38,942 nucleotides of DNA. Origin: Bacillota bacterium. GTDB taxonomy: Bacteria; Bacillota; Limnochordia; DTU087. A model generated the notes under the pieces. That model saw only the letters and a program-made list of their open reading frames with translations. It made no database searches and had not been told where the DNA came from. Positions 1 to 11,285 of this stretch are shown piece by piece. The stretch's first letter is position 1. Each line of letters begins with the position of its first letter. The translations under genes were made by a program, and so were the position numbers. The stretch is from assembly GCA_012518905.1 (NCBI GenBank), contig JAAYRF010000047.1:1-38942 (forward strand). Direction: 5' to 3'.

Positions 1-9
1 GCAGAATCA

Positions 10-906
10 TCAAACCTTGGCACTGCTAACGGCTTTTCGCCGATCATCCCATTCTCTCCAGACAACCCATAGGGGGCCTGCCACAAAAATGGAGGAGTAG
101 GTCCCCACTAGAATGCCAAGCAAGAGGGCCAACACAAAGTCTTGAATGGTTGCACCACCGAAGAAAAAGAGAGCCAAAACAGCTAAAAGCGTTGTCAGAC
201 TGGTGTTAATCGAACGGGTCAACGTCTCATTGATGCTCTTGTTGGCCAGTTCTGCCCATGATTCCCGCTTCCTAAAGCTTATATTCTCTCTGATCTTATC
301 GAAAATGACGATGGTGTTGTTTACAGAGTAACCAACCACAGTCAATATGGAGGCGATAAAGGGACTGTTGATCTCCCTTGCCAACAAAGCAAACAAACCT
401 AAGACGACTATGGCATCATGGAGAACCGCTATAACGGCCACGACCGCAAATCTATACTCGAATCTAAAGGATAGATATATCAGCATCCCTATGGCAGCCA
501 ATAGTAAGGCCATAAGTGCCTGCCTTACCAACTCCTGGCCAACTACCGGTCCCACCATCTCTGTCCGTCGGGCTTCAACTTCGCCGAAATGGGCTCTCAG
601 TCCCGCATCTATGGCCTGAATCTGCTCATTGCTCAAGGTCTGGGAACGAATCAGTGCCGCCCGGTTGTTATCCGTGGGCTGGATGACACTTTTTGCCATG
701 TCTAGGCCCTCTATCTGCAAAGAACCTAGTACCTGCCGAACCTCGCCAGCGGTTACGGACCGCTCAAACCCACGCTCCATCAGGGTACCACCGGTAAAAT
801 CCACCCCCCAGTTAAGACCAGGCTTAATGAGAAGAATCAGCGATAGCACCACTAGGGCCAGGGAGATTCTGAAGGATATCTTGCGTTTTCCAACAAAGTC
901 CACCAT
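10..906 (-). CDS. secF: Protein translocase subunit SecF
   Basis: GLNWGVDFTGG, VGPVVGQEL, GYSVNNTIVIFDKIREN, TLTRSINTSLTT and GTYSSIFVA motifs; six TM-like segments; ATG overlaps the secD stop. Confidence 0.97.
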   Translation of the reverse strand: MVDFVGKRKISFRISLALVVLSLILLIKPGLNWGVDFTGGTLMERGFERSVTAGEVRQVLGSLQIEGLDMAKSVIQPTDNNRAALIRSQTLSNEQIQAIDAGLRAHFGEVEARRTEMVGPVVGQELVRQALMALLLAAIGMLIYLSFRFEYRFAVVAVIAVLHDAIVVLGLFALLAREINSPFIASILTVVGYSVNNTIVIFDKIRENISFRKRESWAELANKSINETLTRSINTSLTTLLAVLALFFFGGATIQDFVLALLLGILVGTYSSIFVAGPLWVVWREWDDRRKAVSSAKV

Positions 907-2117
907 TACTGCAGCACCCCTTTCACTCCCAGGTGTCTCTCAAAAGCGCTGGGGTTAGCATCGACAATCATGTTGAGCATCAGCCTAGTTACCACAATAG
1001 CGGTAAACATGCTGGCCAGGATGCCAAGACTTAAGGTAACGGCAAATCCCTTAACAGGGCCGCTGCCATAGTAGAACAACACAACAGCGGTAAGCAAAGT
1101 AGTGATATTGGCATCAAAGATAGCCCGGAAAGCTCTGTCAAAACCAGCAGCCACCGCAGCTCGAACATGCTTGCCTGCTTTGAACTCTTCTCGAATCCGT
1201 TCAAAAATCAAAACGTTGGCGTCCACCGCCATACCAATCGATAGGATAAATCCAGCAATACCCGGTAAAGTCAAAGTAGCCCGCAGTCCTGCCATAGCTG
1301 CAAGGACGATTACTACATAGATGGCCAGTGCTATATCGGCTACCAGGCCTGGAAGGCGATAATAGGCCAGCATATAGAGGAAAACTAGAATAATACCAAT
1401 GATCCCAGCCCGTAGACTGCGAGAAATCGATTGCTGACCTAGAGTAGGTCCAACATTGCGGATCTCCATGACTTCCATGGGAACTGGTAATGAACCGGCT
1501 TTTAGCAACACTGCCAGGTTCTTAGCTTCGTCGATAGTGAACTGACCGGTAATCTGGCCCTTGCCTCCGGTAATGGGGCCTTGGACCACTGGATTGACCA
1601 AAATCTCCCCATCAAGGACATGGGGAATAGCTTGTCCTTGGTAAACTGTTGTCAGCTGGGCGAATTTTTTCGTCCCTTCCTTATTGAATTCGACTGCTAC
1701 CGAGGGACGACCAAACTGATCTCGGGACAACTGAGCATCGATGAGATCGGCACCGGTTAGCACTGTCTCTCCCAGAGGGTTCTTGATTTCTAGTTGGGCC
1801 GTCTTGCCGATGGTAGCAATGGCAGCTTGCTGATCATAGATCCCCGGGAGTTGGATAATGACTCTTCGGCCGCCTTGTCGCTGAATGATGGGCTCTGATA
1901 CTCCCATACCGTTGACCCGTCGCTCAACTACACTAACGACCCGCTGCATAGTCTCCTCTGTAATCTTTACACCCGGACTCTCCTGTGCTTGCATTACCAC
2001 ATGGACACCGCCCCGCAGGTCTAGGCCTAGATTCATAGGCACTCTATACAATACTACACCTGCCACAGCAACGATGACCACGAGGAGCAGCAAACGTATA
2101 CTGTCTCCACGTCGCAT
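906..2117 (-). CDS. secD: Protein translocase subunit SecD
   Basis: LGLDLRGG, RRVNGMGVSEP, TLPGIAGFILSIGMAVDANVLIFERIREE. Start moved to ATG 2117 (SD AAGGGGGA) because the track's ATG at 2165 overlaps the -10 box. Confidence 0.96.
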   Translation of the reverse strand: MRRGDSIRLLLLVVIVAVAGVVLYRVPMNLGLDLRGGVHVVMQAQESPGVKITEETMQRVVSVVERRVNGMGVSEPIIQRQGGRRVIIQLPGIYDQQAAIATIGKTAQLEIKNPLGETVLTGADLIDAQLSRDQFGRPSVAVEFNKEGTKKFAQLTTVYQGQAIPHVLDGEILVNPVVQGPITGGKGQITGQFTIDEAKNLAVLLKAGSLPVPMEVMEIRNVGPTLGQQSISRSLRAGIIGIILVFLYMLAYYRLPGLVADIALAIYVVIVLAAMAGLRATLTLPGIAGFILSIGMAVDANVLIFERIREEFKAGKHVRAAVAAGFDRAFRAIFDANITTLLTAVVLFYYGSGPVKGFAVTLSLGILASMFTAIVVTRLMLNMIVDANPSAFERHLGVKGVLQ

Positions 2118-2163
2118 TCCCCGTTTATCCCCCTTCGTTATGCTCCGCAAAACGCACAAAATC

Positions 2164-2193
2164 ATTATAGATCTCGCCTAGATAACTTGTCAA
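2164..2193 (-). promoter_or_regulatory. SigA-type promoter of secDF
   Basis: TTGACA-18 nt-TATAAT on the - strand, both hexamers perfect. Confidence 0.88.
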
Positions 2194-2231
2194 TTTGGGC
2201 GATACCAGCCGTTTAGCTCCCCATACATGGT

Positions 2232-2264
2232 AAAAACCCCGCAGGCACTGGCAAGCCCAGGGGT
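2232..2264 (-). terminator. Intrinsic terminator after secG
   Basis: ACCCCTGGGC..GCCTGCGGGGT imperfect GC-rich stem followed by a T run. Confidence 0.7.
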
Positions 2265-2327
2265 CGTCTTCAAAAGACTATGCTACCTCCAAAGGCAACA
2301 GTTAGCAATACTGTGTCTCAAATGGGC

Positions 2328-2546
2328 TTAGATAAAGGTCAAAATTAGGGACATCGCCATAAAGGCAATGGCAAGGTATTTGGTAACCTGTTCCAAAGTA
2401 CGATCAATGCCTTTGATATTGCCAAAAAACATTTGAGCACTACCGCCAATAGAGCCTAGCCCTTCACCCTTACTCTCTTGCATCACTACGGCCACGATAA
2501 GGGCAATGGAGATGAGAAACTGAATAACCATGAGGACCGTTACCAT
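2328..2546 (-). CDS. secG: Preprotein translocase subunit SecG
   Basis: About 72 aa, two TM helices, VVMQESKGEGLGSIGG loop; follows eno; ATG 2546 has SD GGAGGAGGTG. Confidence 0.95.
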   Translation of the reverse strand: MVTVLMVIQFLISIALIVAVVMQESKGEGLGSIGGSAQMFFGNIKGIDRTLEQVTKYLAIAFMAMSLILTFI

Positions 2547-2584
2547 TGACTCCACCTCCTCCGCTACTGAGAAGCATTCACCTC

Positions 2585-2614
2585 ATTGTAACATACCACC
2601 GGGGAGACTGACAA
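2585..2614 (-). promoter_or_regulatory. SigA-type promoter of secG
   Basis: TTGTCA-18 nt-TACAAT with an extended -10 TG. Confidence 0.7.
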
Positions 2615-2677
2615 CCACCTGCCCAAACAAGCAAGGGCGCCATGTCTCCTCCGGTGTGCTAAAACAGCTCTTAGAAG

Positions 2678-3976
<1,299 letters not shown>

Positions 3977-4028
3977 CTATGTTTCTGATATCTGAAGCCT
4001 TAGCGTAAGCAAGGCTCTAGGTTCTCAT

Positions 4029-5579
4029 TTACCTCTTGCTGCTTTCAATGAGTGATTGTCCCGTCATCTCCGGCGGCGTATCTAGATCCAATAGGTCTAA
4101 CACCGTCGGAGCCAAGTCAGCCAAGATGCCGTCCCGCACTTTTAGATCCTTTCCGTCGGTAATCAGTACAACCGGCACAGGATTTAGCGTATGGGCAGTA
4201 TGGGGTTCACCGGTCTCATAATCCACCATCTGTTCGGCATTGCCATGATCAGCTGTCAGAACAATATATCCGCCCTGGGCCACCATGGCCGACACCACCT
4301 CTTCCACGGCTCGATCAACCGCTTCTACCGCCTGTATGGCTGCTGGAAGAATGCCGGTATGGCCTACCATATCACAGTTGGCGAAATTCAATACAATAAG
4401 GTCATATTCTCCTCGGTTGATGGCTGCCACTGCCTCAGCTGCTACCTCCGGTGCGCTCATCTTTGGCTGAAGATCATAAGTGGCAACTTTAGGTGATGGG
4501 ATAAGCTTCCGGTCCTCTCCAGGGAAATTGTGCTCATCGCCGCCGTTGAAGAAAAACGTTACGTGGGCGTATTTTTCCGTCTCGGCTATGCGCAGTTGCC
4601 GCCAACCAGCTTTCCCCACTACCTCTCCTAAGGTGTTCTTAAGATCTTGAGGCGGAAAGGCGTAAGGAGCCACTATGGTCTCATCATAACGGGTCATACA
4701 GACAAAGGTGATCTCCGGCCATTGAGCCCGAGTAAAGGCAGTAAAGTGTTCGTCGGTAAAAGCCCTGGTGATCTGCCGAGCGCGATCGGCCCGGAAATTG
4801 AAGAAAATCACCGAATCACCATCTGCGATCATCCCCAGTGGTCGACCTGAATTATTAGCGACCACAGTAGGGATAACAAACTCGTCGGTCTCACCCCGGT
4901 CGTAAGCCATCTGTACTGCCTCGACACCGTTCGCTGCCAAAAAGCCCTCACCGAATACCATAGCTTTATAGGCTTTCTCAGTCCTCTCCCACCGCTTATC
5001 TCTATCCATGGCGTAGTAGCGTCCGGAAACCGTAGCTACCTGGCCTACGCCGATGCGCTCTATCTCCTTTTCTAAGTCCTGCATGTACTCCAAAGCACTT
5101 GCAGGTGGCACATCTCGCCCATCGAGAAAAGCATGAATGTACACCTGTCTAATACCCATCTCGACGGCCATCTCCAACAGAGCATAAAGATGGGAAGAAT
5201 GGCTATGCACTCCACCCGGAGATAGTAAGCCCATCAAGTGCAAAGCAGTTCCCTTGTCTCGGCAAGCGGTCATGGCTTTGACCAGCCACTCATTCGTATG
5301 GAAACTCTTTTCCCGCACCGCCTTACTAATTCGCGCGACATCCTGGTAGACAATGCGACCGGCACCGATGTTCAAATGCCCTACATTTGAATCACCCATC
5401 TGACCTTCCATCAGGCCTACTGCTTCACCAGAAGCCACCAAGCGTGCCGTAGGGTAGCTCATCCATAACTTGTCGAGGAATGGCGTATTGGCTAGTTTTA
5501 TCGCGTTAGCCTCTTGATTTTCATTGATCCCGAAACCATCTAAGATCAGCAGACAGACAGGGTGTTTTGCCCTTGCCAC
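4029..5579 (-). CDS. gpmI: 2,3-bisphosphoglycerate-independent phosphoglycerate mutase
   Basis: LILDGFG, GQMGDSNVGH, GRYYAMDRD, AETEKYAHVTFF, DMVGHTG, TADHGN. Confidence 0.98.
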   Translation of the reverse strand: MARAKHPVCLLILDGFGINENQEANAIKLANTPFLDKLWMSYPTARLVASGEAVGLMEGQMGDSNVGHLNIGAGRIVYQDVARISKAVREKSFHTNEWLVKAMTACRDKGTALHLMGLLSPGGVHSHSSHLYALLEMAVEMGIRQVYIHAFLDGRDVPPASALEYMQDLEKEIERIGVGQVATVSGRYYAMDRDKRWERTEKAYKAMVFGEGFLAANGVEAVQMAYDRGETDEFVIPTVVANNSGRPLGMIADGDSVIFFNFRADRARQITRAFTDEHFTAFTRAQWPEITFVCMTRYDETIVAPYAFPPQDLKNTLGEVVGKAGWRQLRIAETEKYAHVTFFFNGGDEHNFPGEDRKLIPSPKVATYDLQPKMSAPEVAAEAVAAINRGEYDLIVLNFANCDMVGHTGILPAAIQAVEAVDRAVEEVVSAMVAQGGYIVLTADHGNAEQMVDYETGEPHTAHTLNPVPVVLITDGKDLKVRDGILADLAPTVLDLLDLDTPPEMTGQSLIESSKR

Positions 5580-5612
5580 TAAGCATCCTCCTTTGCACCG
5601 GATTTCCTGGCT

Positions 5613-6368
5613 TCAATCGTCATAGCGTACAATCCGGGCAAATGACACTGCGTCAAGACTAGCTCCCCCGACCAAAGCCCCGTCAATCTCTGGTTGCCCC
5701 ATCAATTCCGCCATGTTGCCTGGTTTGACACTGCCACCATATTGAATCCGCATGGCTGCAGCGGTAGCATTACCATAGATCCCCGCCAACGTCTCACGTA
5801 TGACCTTGATGACCCGGTTGGCCTCCTCCGCCGTAGCCGTCTTGCCGGTTCCAATGGCCCACACAGGTTCATAGGCAACCACTATTTCCTTGGCGTAGCC
5901 TTCAGCAATCCCCTTAAAGCCCTGCTCGATCTGGCTTTTCACCAAGGATTCTGTGATGCCGGCCTCCCTTTGTTCTAAGGTTTCTCCTACACAAACTATG
6001 GGCAGCAGGCCGTGATCCAGCGCAGCCTGCATCTTTCTGTTTACCATTTCATCGGTCTCGCCGAAATACTGACGTCGCTCCGAATGGCCGATAATCACAT
6101 ACTTTACGCCTAAGGCCTTAAGCATTGGTGGTGCAACCTCACCAGTATAGGCACCACTTATCTCGTAGAAGACGTTCTGTGCGCCCAAGGAAAGCTTCGT
6201 TCCCCGAATGGCCTCCCCTACAGCAGGTAGTGCAGTAAAGGGGGGACAGAGAACTACTTCCCGGTCATCTAGTTTACCGAGGCGAGGGATCAGATCGCGA
6301 CACAAGGCAACGGCTTCCTCCGGCAATTTATGCATTTTCCAGTTACCTGCAATGATTGGAACTCTCAA
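5613..6368 (-). CDS. tpiA: Triosephosphate isomerase
   Basis: AGNWKM, IGHSERR, AYEPVWAIGTG, YGGSV, LVGGASL. Confidence 0.99.
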   Translation of the reverse strand: MRVPIIAGNWKMHKLPEEAVALCRDLIPRLGKLDDREVVLCPPFTALPAVGEAIRGTKLSLGAQNVFYEISGAYTGEVAPPMLKALGVKYVIIGHSERRQYFGETDEMVNRKMQAALDHGLLPIVCVGETLEQREAGITESLVKSQIEQGFKGIAEGYAKEIVVAYEPVWAIGTGKTATAEEANRVIKVIRETLAGIYGNATAAAMRIQYGGSVKPGNMAELMGQPEIDGALVGGASLDAVSFARIVRYDD

Positions 6369-6386
6369 AACTCAATCGCCTCCGGT

Positions 6387-7571
6387 TTATCTATCGTTCA
6401 GAGCCTCAACTCCAGGCAATGCCTTTCCTTCGAGAAACTCCAAAGATGCCCCTCCGCCTGTGGACACATGGGTCATCTTGCTCGCCAAGTTAGCTTGTTC
6501 TACGGCGGCGGCGGAATCGCCTCCCCCGATAATAGTAATCGCATCGCTATTGGCCATGGCCTCTGCAATCGCGTTGGTACCCTTAGCAAAAGCCGGCATC
6601 TCGAAAACGCCCATGGGGCCATTCCAAACAACGGTCTTGGCTGTTTGGATTTCCCCTGCAAACAACTCTATAGTTCTTGGTCCAATATCCAATCCCTGCC
6701 ATCCGGCTCGCATCTTGTCAGCATCCACAACTTCGTGTTTAGCGTCAGCCGCGAAAGCATCGGCAATGACCACATCTACGGGCAGAAGGAATTTAACGCC
6801 CAGCTGTTTAGCCTCATCCATCAAATCCAGAGCCAGCTGAAGACTCTCGCTATCGAGCAATGAATTGCCGATCTCGTATCCTTGAGCCTTTAGGAATGTA
6901 TACGCCATTCCGCCCCCGATAACTAATGTATTGACCTTCTGCATGAGGTTGCTGATGACTCCGATTTTGTCTGCAACTTTAGCGCCTCCTAAAATAGCGA
7001 CAAAGGGGCGCTCGGGGTTCTGTAGGGCTTTACCCATAGTCTCGATTTCCTTCTGCAAAAGAAAGCCAGCTACTGCCGGCAAGTACTGCGCAATGCCGGC
7101 TGTGGACGCGTGAGCCCGGTGGGCTGCACCAAACGCGTCATTGACATATATGTCCGCCAGTGCCGCCAACCCCTTGGCGAACTCCGGATCGTTTTTCTCC
7201 TCCCCCGGATGGAAGCGCACATTTTCCAGAAGGAGAATGTCTCCATCTTGAAGAGCATCGGCAGCCTCCATGGGCTCAGCACCAATGCAGTCATCTACCT
7301 TTGTGATCTCTTGGCCGAGCAATTCAGCCAGCCTTTGAGCGACTGGATCGAGCCGATACTTTTCCCCAGGTCTACCTTTGGGCCTGCCTAGATGGGAAGC
7401 CAAGATCACCCTGGCACCTTGGTCAGCAAGATACTGGATTGTGGGCAAGGCTGCTCTAATGCGCTTGTCATCAGTTATGTTGCCCGCCTCATCCATGGGA
7501 ACATTAAAGTCCACCCGCACAAATACCCGTTTGCCCTTCACATTGATATCTTTCACCGTGCGTTTGTTCAT
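6387..7571 (-). CDS. pgk: Phosphoglycerate kinase
   Basis: [43 protein letters not shown]. Confidence 0.99.
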   Translation of the reverse strand: MNKRTVKDINVKGKRVFVRVDFNVPMDEAGNITDDKRIRAALPTIQYLADQGARVILASHLGRPKGRPGEKYRLDPVAQRLAELLGQEITKVDDCIGAEPMEAADALQDGDILLLENVRFHPGEEKNDPEFAKGLAALADIYVNDAFGAAHRAHASTAGIAQYLPAVAGFLLQKEIETMGKALQNPERPFVAILGGAKVADKIGVISNLMQKVNTLVIGGGMAYTFLKAQGYEIGNSLLDSESLQLALDLMDEAKQLGVKFLLPVDVVIADAFAADAKHEVVDADKMRAGWQGLDIGPRTIELFAGEIQTAKTVVWNGPMGVFEMPAFAKGTNAIAEAMANSDAITIIGGGDSAAAVEQANLASKMTHVSTGGGASLEFLEGKALPGVEALNDR

Positions 7572-7616
7572 CCTAATCCCCCCGATCTAGTCTGCCTTGC
7601 ACTGAGTATCAAGCAG

Positions 7617-7651
7617 AAAATCCCCCGGCTGAACTCTCGGCCCAGCCGGGG
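7617..7651 (-). terminator. Hairpin/leaky terminator between gap and pgk
   Basis: 9-bp perfect stem CCCCGGCTG/CAGCCGGGG followed by GATTTT on the - strand. Confidence 0.7.
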
Positions 7652-7665
7652 TAGCGTTTATCGTC

Positions 7666-8706
<1,041 letters not shown>

Positions 8707-8723
8707 CTACTTTATGACAATAG

Positions 8724-8769
8724 CCCCTGGCACCTGCCTCTAGCAGTGCGAGGAAGGCCAAATCAGGGG
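8724..8769 (-). promoter_or_regulatory. Stem-loop between cggR and gap, a possible mRNA processing or stability element
   Basis: CCCCTG..CAGGGG outer stem with inner CCTC/GAGG pairing; no T tail. Confidence 0.45.
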
Positions 8770-8772
8770 TCC

Positions 8773-9843
8773 TTAAAAGCTCCCCCACACTCGGTTAGGC
8801 TCCTCAGCTCCCGCATCACTCCCCTCCAGGCTAGCCATCATCAGTCGGGCAGCACCTTCATCGGTGATGCAAACATGCTGGTAGCGATTGGACATGACAG
8901 CTAGGGCCGCTGCTGCCTTGCTGCGGCCTCCCCCTACAGCTACAACCTTACCGATATTGGGCAAATCTTCCATTCGTAAGCCAACACTGCTTGTGGTGTA
9001 GACAATGTCTCCGCTGTGATTGAAGTAATAACCGAAAGCCTCTCCCACGGCTTGCTTTTCCCGCAGAACACTGAGATCTTTTTCAGCCAATCCCCTGCGC
9101 TTAGCCATTTCCTCCGCTGTCCCGATACCGTGCAGGACCATATCCGTCTCTTTGATCAAATCTAGCATTTCCTTAATCTTTGGATCCCCACACAGGGAGG
9201 CAATTACATCTTCTCCCACATCGTCGGGAACATGCAACAGCCGATAGGTGCCGCCAAGTCGCTCTGCTATATTAGCCGCCACAGTATTGGCCTGTTTCTC
9301 TACCTCTTCACCGAGGCCTCCCCGGGCCGGCACCACCATCACTTCCCGTTTCTCACCGGAGGCAGGGAAACTCCTGGCCACTTCGGCTAAGGTAGTTCCA
9401 CCGGTTACAGCTAGAACGTCTCCATCCTTCAAAACAGCCTTCAGATACTTGGCCGTGGCTTTGGCCATCTCTTTCTTAACAGTCTCGTCTTCATCAGAAT
9501 CCCCGGGTACTATGATAACTTGCTGCAAACCCAAAAGACGGGCCAGGCGTCGCTCTAGATCCGACAAACCTCTGAGCTCTCGGACGTATTCCTTCAAATC
9601 ACCCAAAAGGCGCTCCCCGGCAGGAGTGACCTCCATTCCGGCAGGATTAGATATAAGCAACCCCTGCTCTCTTAAGAGCTCGATTTCATTGCGTACGGTA
9701 CGTTCCGGTAAGCGCAAACGGGCTGCCAAAGCCCGTCGGCCTACGGGCTGAACGAAATAGATGTTTCGTAGAATAATGTATCGCTTCTCCACAAGCTCGG
9801 CGATTTCCGGCGCAATTTTCCTTATGATCTCCAAGTTCACCAT
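8773..9843 (-). CDS. cggR: Central glycolytic genes regulator (SorC/DeoR family)
   Basis: QPVGRRALA..ERTVRNEIELLREQGL winged HTH, VTGGTT and PARGGLGE sugar-binding domain; directly upstream of gap; start placed at ATG 9843. Confidence 0.95.
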   Translation of the reverse strand: MVNLEIIRKIAPEIAELVEKRYIILRNIYFVQPVGRRALAARLRLPERTVRNEIELLREQGLLISNPAGMEVTPAGERLLGDLKEYVRELRGLSDLERRLARLLGLQQVIIVPGDSDEDETVKKEMAKATAKYLKAVLKDGDVLAVTGGTTLAEVARSFPASGEKREVMVVPARGGLGEEVEKQANTVAANIAERLGGTYRLLHVPDDVGEDVIASLCGDPKIKEMLDLIKETDMVLHGIGTAEEMAKRRGLAEKDLSVLREKQAVGEAFGYYFNHSGDIVYTTSSVGLRMEDLPNIGKVVAVGGGRSKAAAALAVMSNRYQHVCITDEGAARLMMASLEGSDAGAEEPNRVWGSF

Positions 9844-9968
9844 ATAGAAGCGAGCAAGGCTCGCAGCCCCCCTGTGTTCCATATTACTGCCATGGCAGTG
9901 TTAGTGTTGGCCAATAGAGCGACATAATGTATTCAAGACTACCGGCTAGGTGATGGAGCCGCCTTGGG

Positions 9969-10004
9969 GTCTGATATTGTCCCGCCCCAACACATTCTGT
10001 CCCA
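9969..10004 (-). promoter_or_regulatory. CggR operator
   Basis: TGGGAC-AGAATG-TGTT-GGGG-CGGGAC-AATATC-AGAC matches the B. subtilis direct-repeat operator CGGGAC-N6-TGTC-N4-CGGGAC-N6-TGTC with exact spacing. Confidence 0.88.
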
Positions 10005-10042
10005 CTGGTGGCAAAAAAAGAGAGACCGTGTACGATTAATAT

Positions 10043-10069
10043 ATTCGAGTCAGCAAACCAAAGTCCTCC
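10043..10069 (-). promoter_or_regulatory. SigH-like promoter of the cggR-gap operon
   Basis: GGAGGACTT-11 nt-CTCGAAT versus consensus RNAGGAWWW-N11/12-RNNGAAT; about 40 nt upstream of the operator. Confidence 0.55.
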
Positions 10070-10101
10070 AGATCCTAGACAACTTCTTCAGAAGTTTACA
10101 G

Positions 10102-11010
10102 TTAGTCTTCCCCCCGCAGATCGTCCGCGATCCTGTCTATTTTCCGCAAACGATGGTTTACCCCTGACTTGCTCAACGGTGGATCTAGAAGCGTGCCTAG
10201 TTCCTTAAGGCTTGCATAGGGGTACTGCAGCCGAAATAGGGCAATTTCCTGGAGCTCTGGGGCTAGTGAATCCATGCCTTTCGTTTCAGCAATCAGTCTG
10301 ATATTCTCCACTTGCCGCAAAGAGGCGTCAAGGGTCTTATCCATATTGGCAGTTTCACAGTTGACTAGACGATTGGCCTGGTTCCGCATCTCCTTCAACA
10401 CACGGATACTCTCGAGTTTGAGCAGAGCAGTATGGGCCCCCAGCAAACTGAGAAGTTGACCAATCAACCCCGCGTCTTTTAAATAGACGGTGACATGTCG
10501 CTTACGCTGCACCACGCCCGGAGATATGCCAAATGTCTCCATACAGCTCTGCACCAGGGCTGCTTGTTGAAATGTATCAGTCACTATCTCCAAATGGTAA
10601 TTCTTATTGGGGTTGGTAGCAGAGCCTCTGCCTAGATATATACCTCTGAGAAAAGCCCTCCGGCAGCAGGCTCTTCCCCATCGGCCCCGCAAATACCGGC
10701 GCTGAACACCCTCAAGACTCTTGGTAATCCTCACCAGGCCCGGCTGTTGGGGTATTCTCACCACATAGATATGGTGCTTATTAAATTGGGCCCGTCGGCG
10801 GACTTTGATCTCTAGATACGGCTGATACAACTGCTTAAAGAGAGTATAAACCTTCCGGGCCGCGGCGGCCTGGCCGGCTACCACCTCATATCCATCAGCT
10901 ACTATGAGCCCGTCAACATAGGCCAAACCTGCCAATTCAGCCAGTTGGCAGCACCGGCGTTCTGGCATGATGCGGGCTAATTCATCTCTAATGCCTCGGG
11001 AAAATCCCAT
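10102..11010 (-). CDS. whiA: DNA-binding protein WhiA (LAGLIDADG-like domain plus HTH)
   Basis: MGFS..IRDELARI..RRCCQLAEL, CCRRAFLRG, NRLVNCETAN, SKSGVNHRLRK; family-typical start at ATG 11010. Confidence 0.96.
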   Translation of the reverse strand: MGFSRGIRDELARIMPERRCCQLAELAGLAYVDGLIVADGYEVVAGQAAAARKVYTLFKQLYQPYLEIKVRRRAQFNKHHIYVVRIPQQPGLVRITKSLEGVQRRYLRGRWGRACCRRAFLRGIYLGRGSATNPNKNYHLEIVTDTFQQAALVQSCMETFGISPGVVQRKRHVTVYLKDAGLIGQLLSLLGAHTALLKLESIRVLKEMRNQANRLVNCETANMDKTLDASLRQVENIRLIAETKGMDSLAPELQEIALFRLQYPYASLKELGTLLDPPLSKSGVNHRLRKIDRIADDLRGED

Positions 11011-11090
11011 TTCCGCGTGGGAGATGCCCCACTTCCCCCTCTCTTTCTCATACAACCTGGGGCTCAGGCATTCCTATGCTTACCTCGGCC

Positions 11091-11118
11091 CTTCGCCACT
11101 TAAAACCTCAATTCCTCT
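11091..11118 (-). promoter_or_regulatory. SigH-like promoter of whiA
   Basis: AGAGGAATT-12 nt-GGCGAAG. Confidence 0.6.
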
Positions 11119-11215
11119 ATTGCACCGGGTATCACACACCTTGCTTCCATGGTACGCTCGATTTGACTTGTAGTGTTGATAATCCCTTAATTGAGCTGTC
11201 GCAGCACCAAACGGT

Positions 11216-11245
11216 GTATCACTTTGGCTCGGGAAACTCATATTA
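11216..11245 (+). promoter_or_regulatory. SigG-like promoter upstream of the PHP gene
   Basis: GTATC-18 nt-CATATTA versus consensus GHATR-N18-CATXHTA. Confidence 0.4.
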
Positions 11246-11285
11246 TTTGGGGGATGGAGCACTACTTAAGAAAGAGGTAACTACC

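Noticed and set aside
10069-10084. TAGACAACT resembling a NagR dre site upstream of cggR
   Set aside because: Only a half-site matches, and I found no dre-like palindrome upstream of nagA
10102-11010. LAGLIDADG-like segment read as a homing endonuclease or mobile element
   Set aside because: It is the domesticated N-terminal domain of WhiA
11076-11285. 70-aa N-terminal extension of the PHP ORF
   Set aside because: It has no SD, overlaps the divergent promoter motifs and does not resemble PHP sequence
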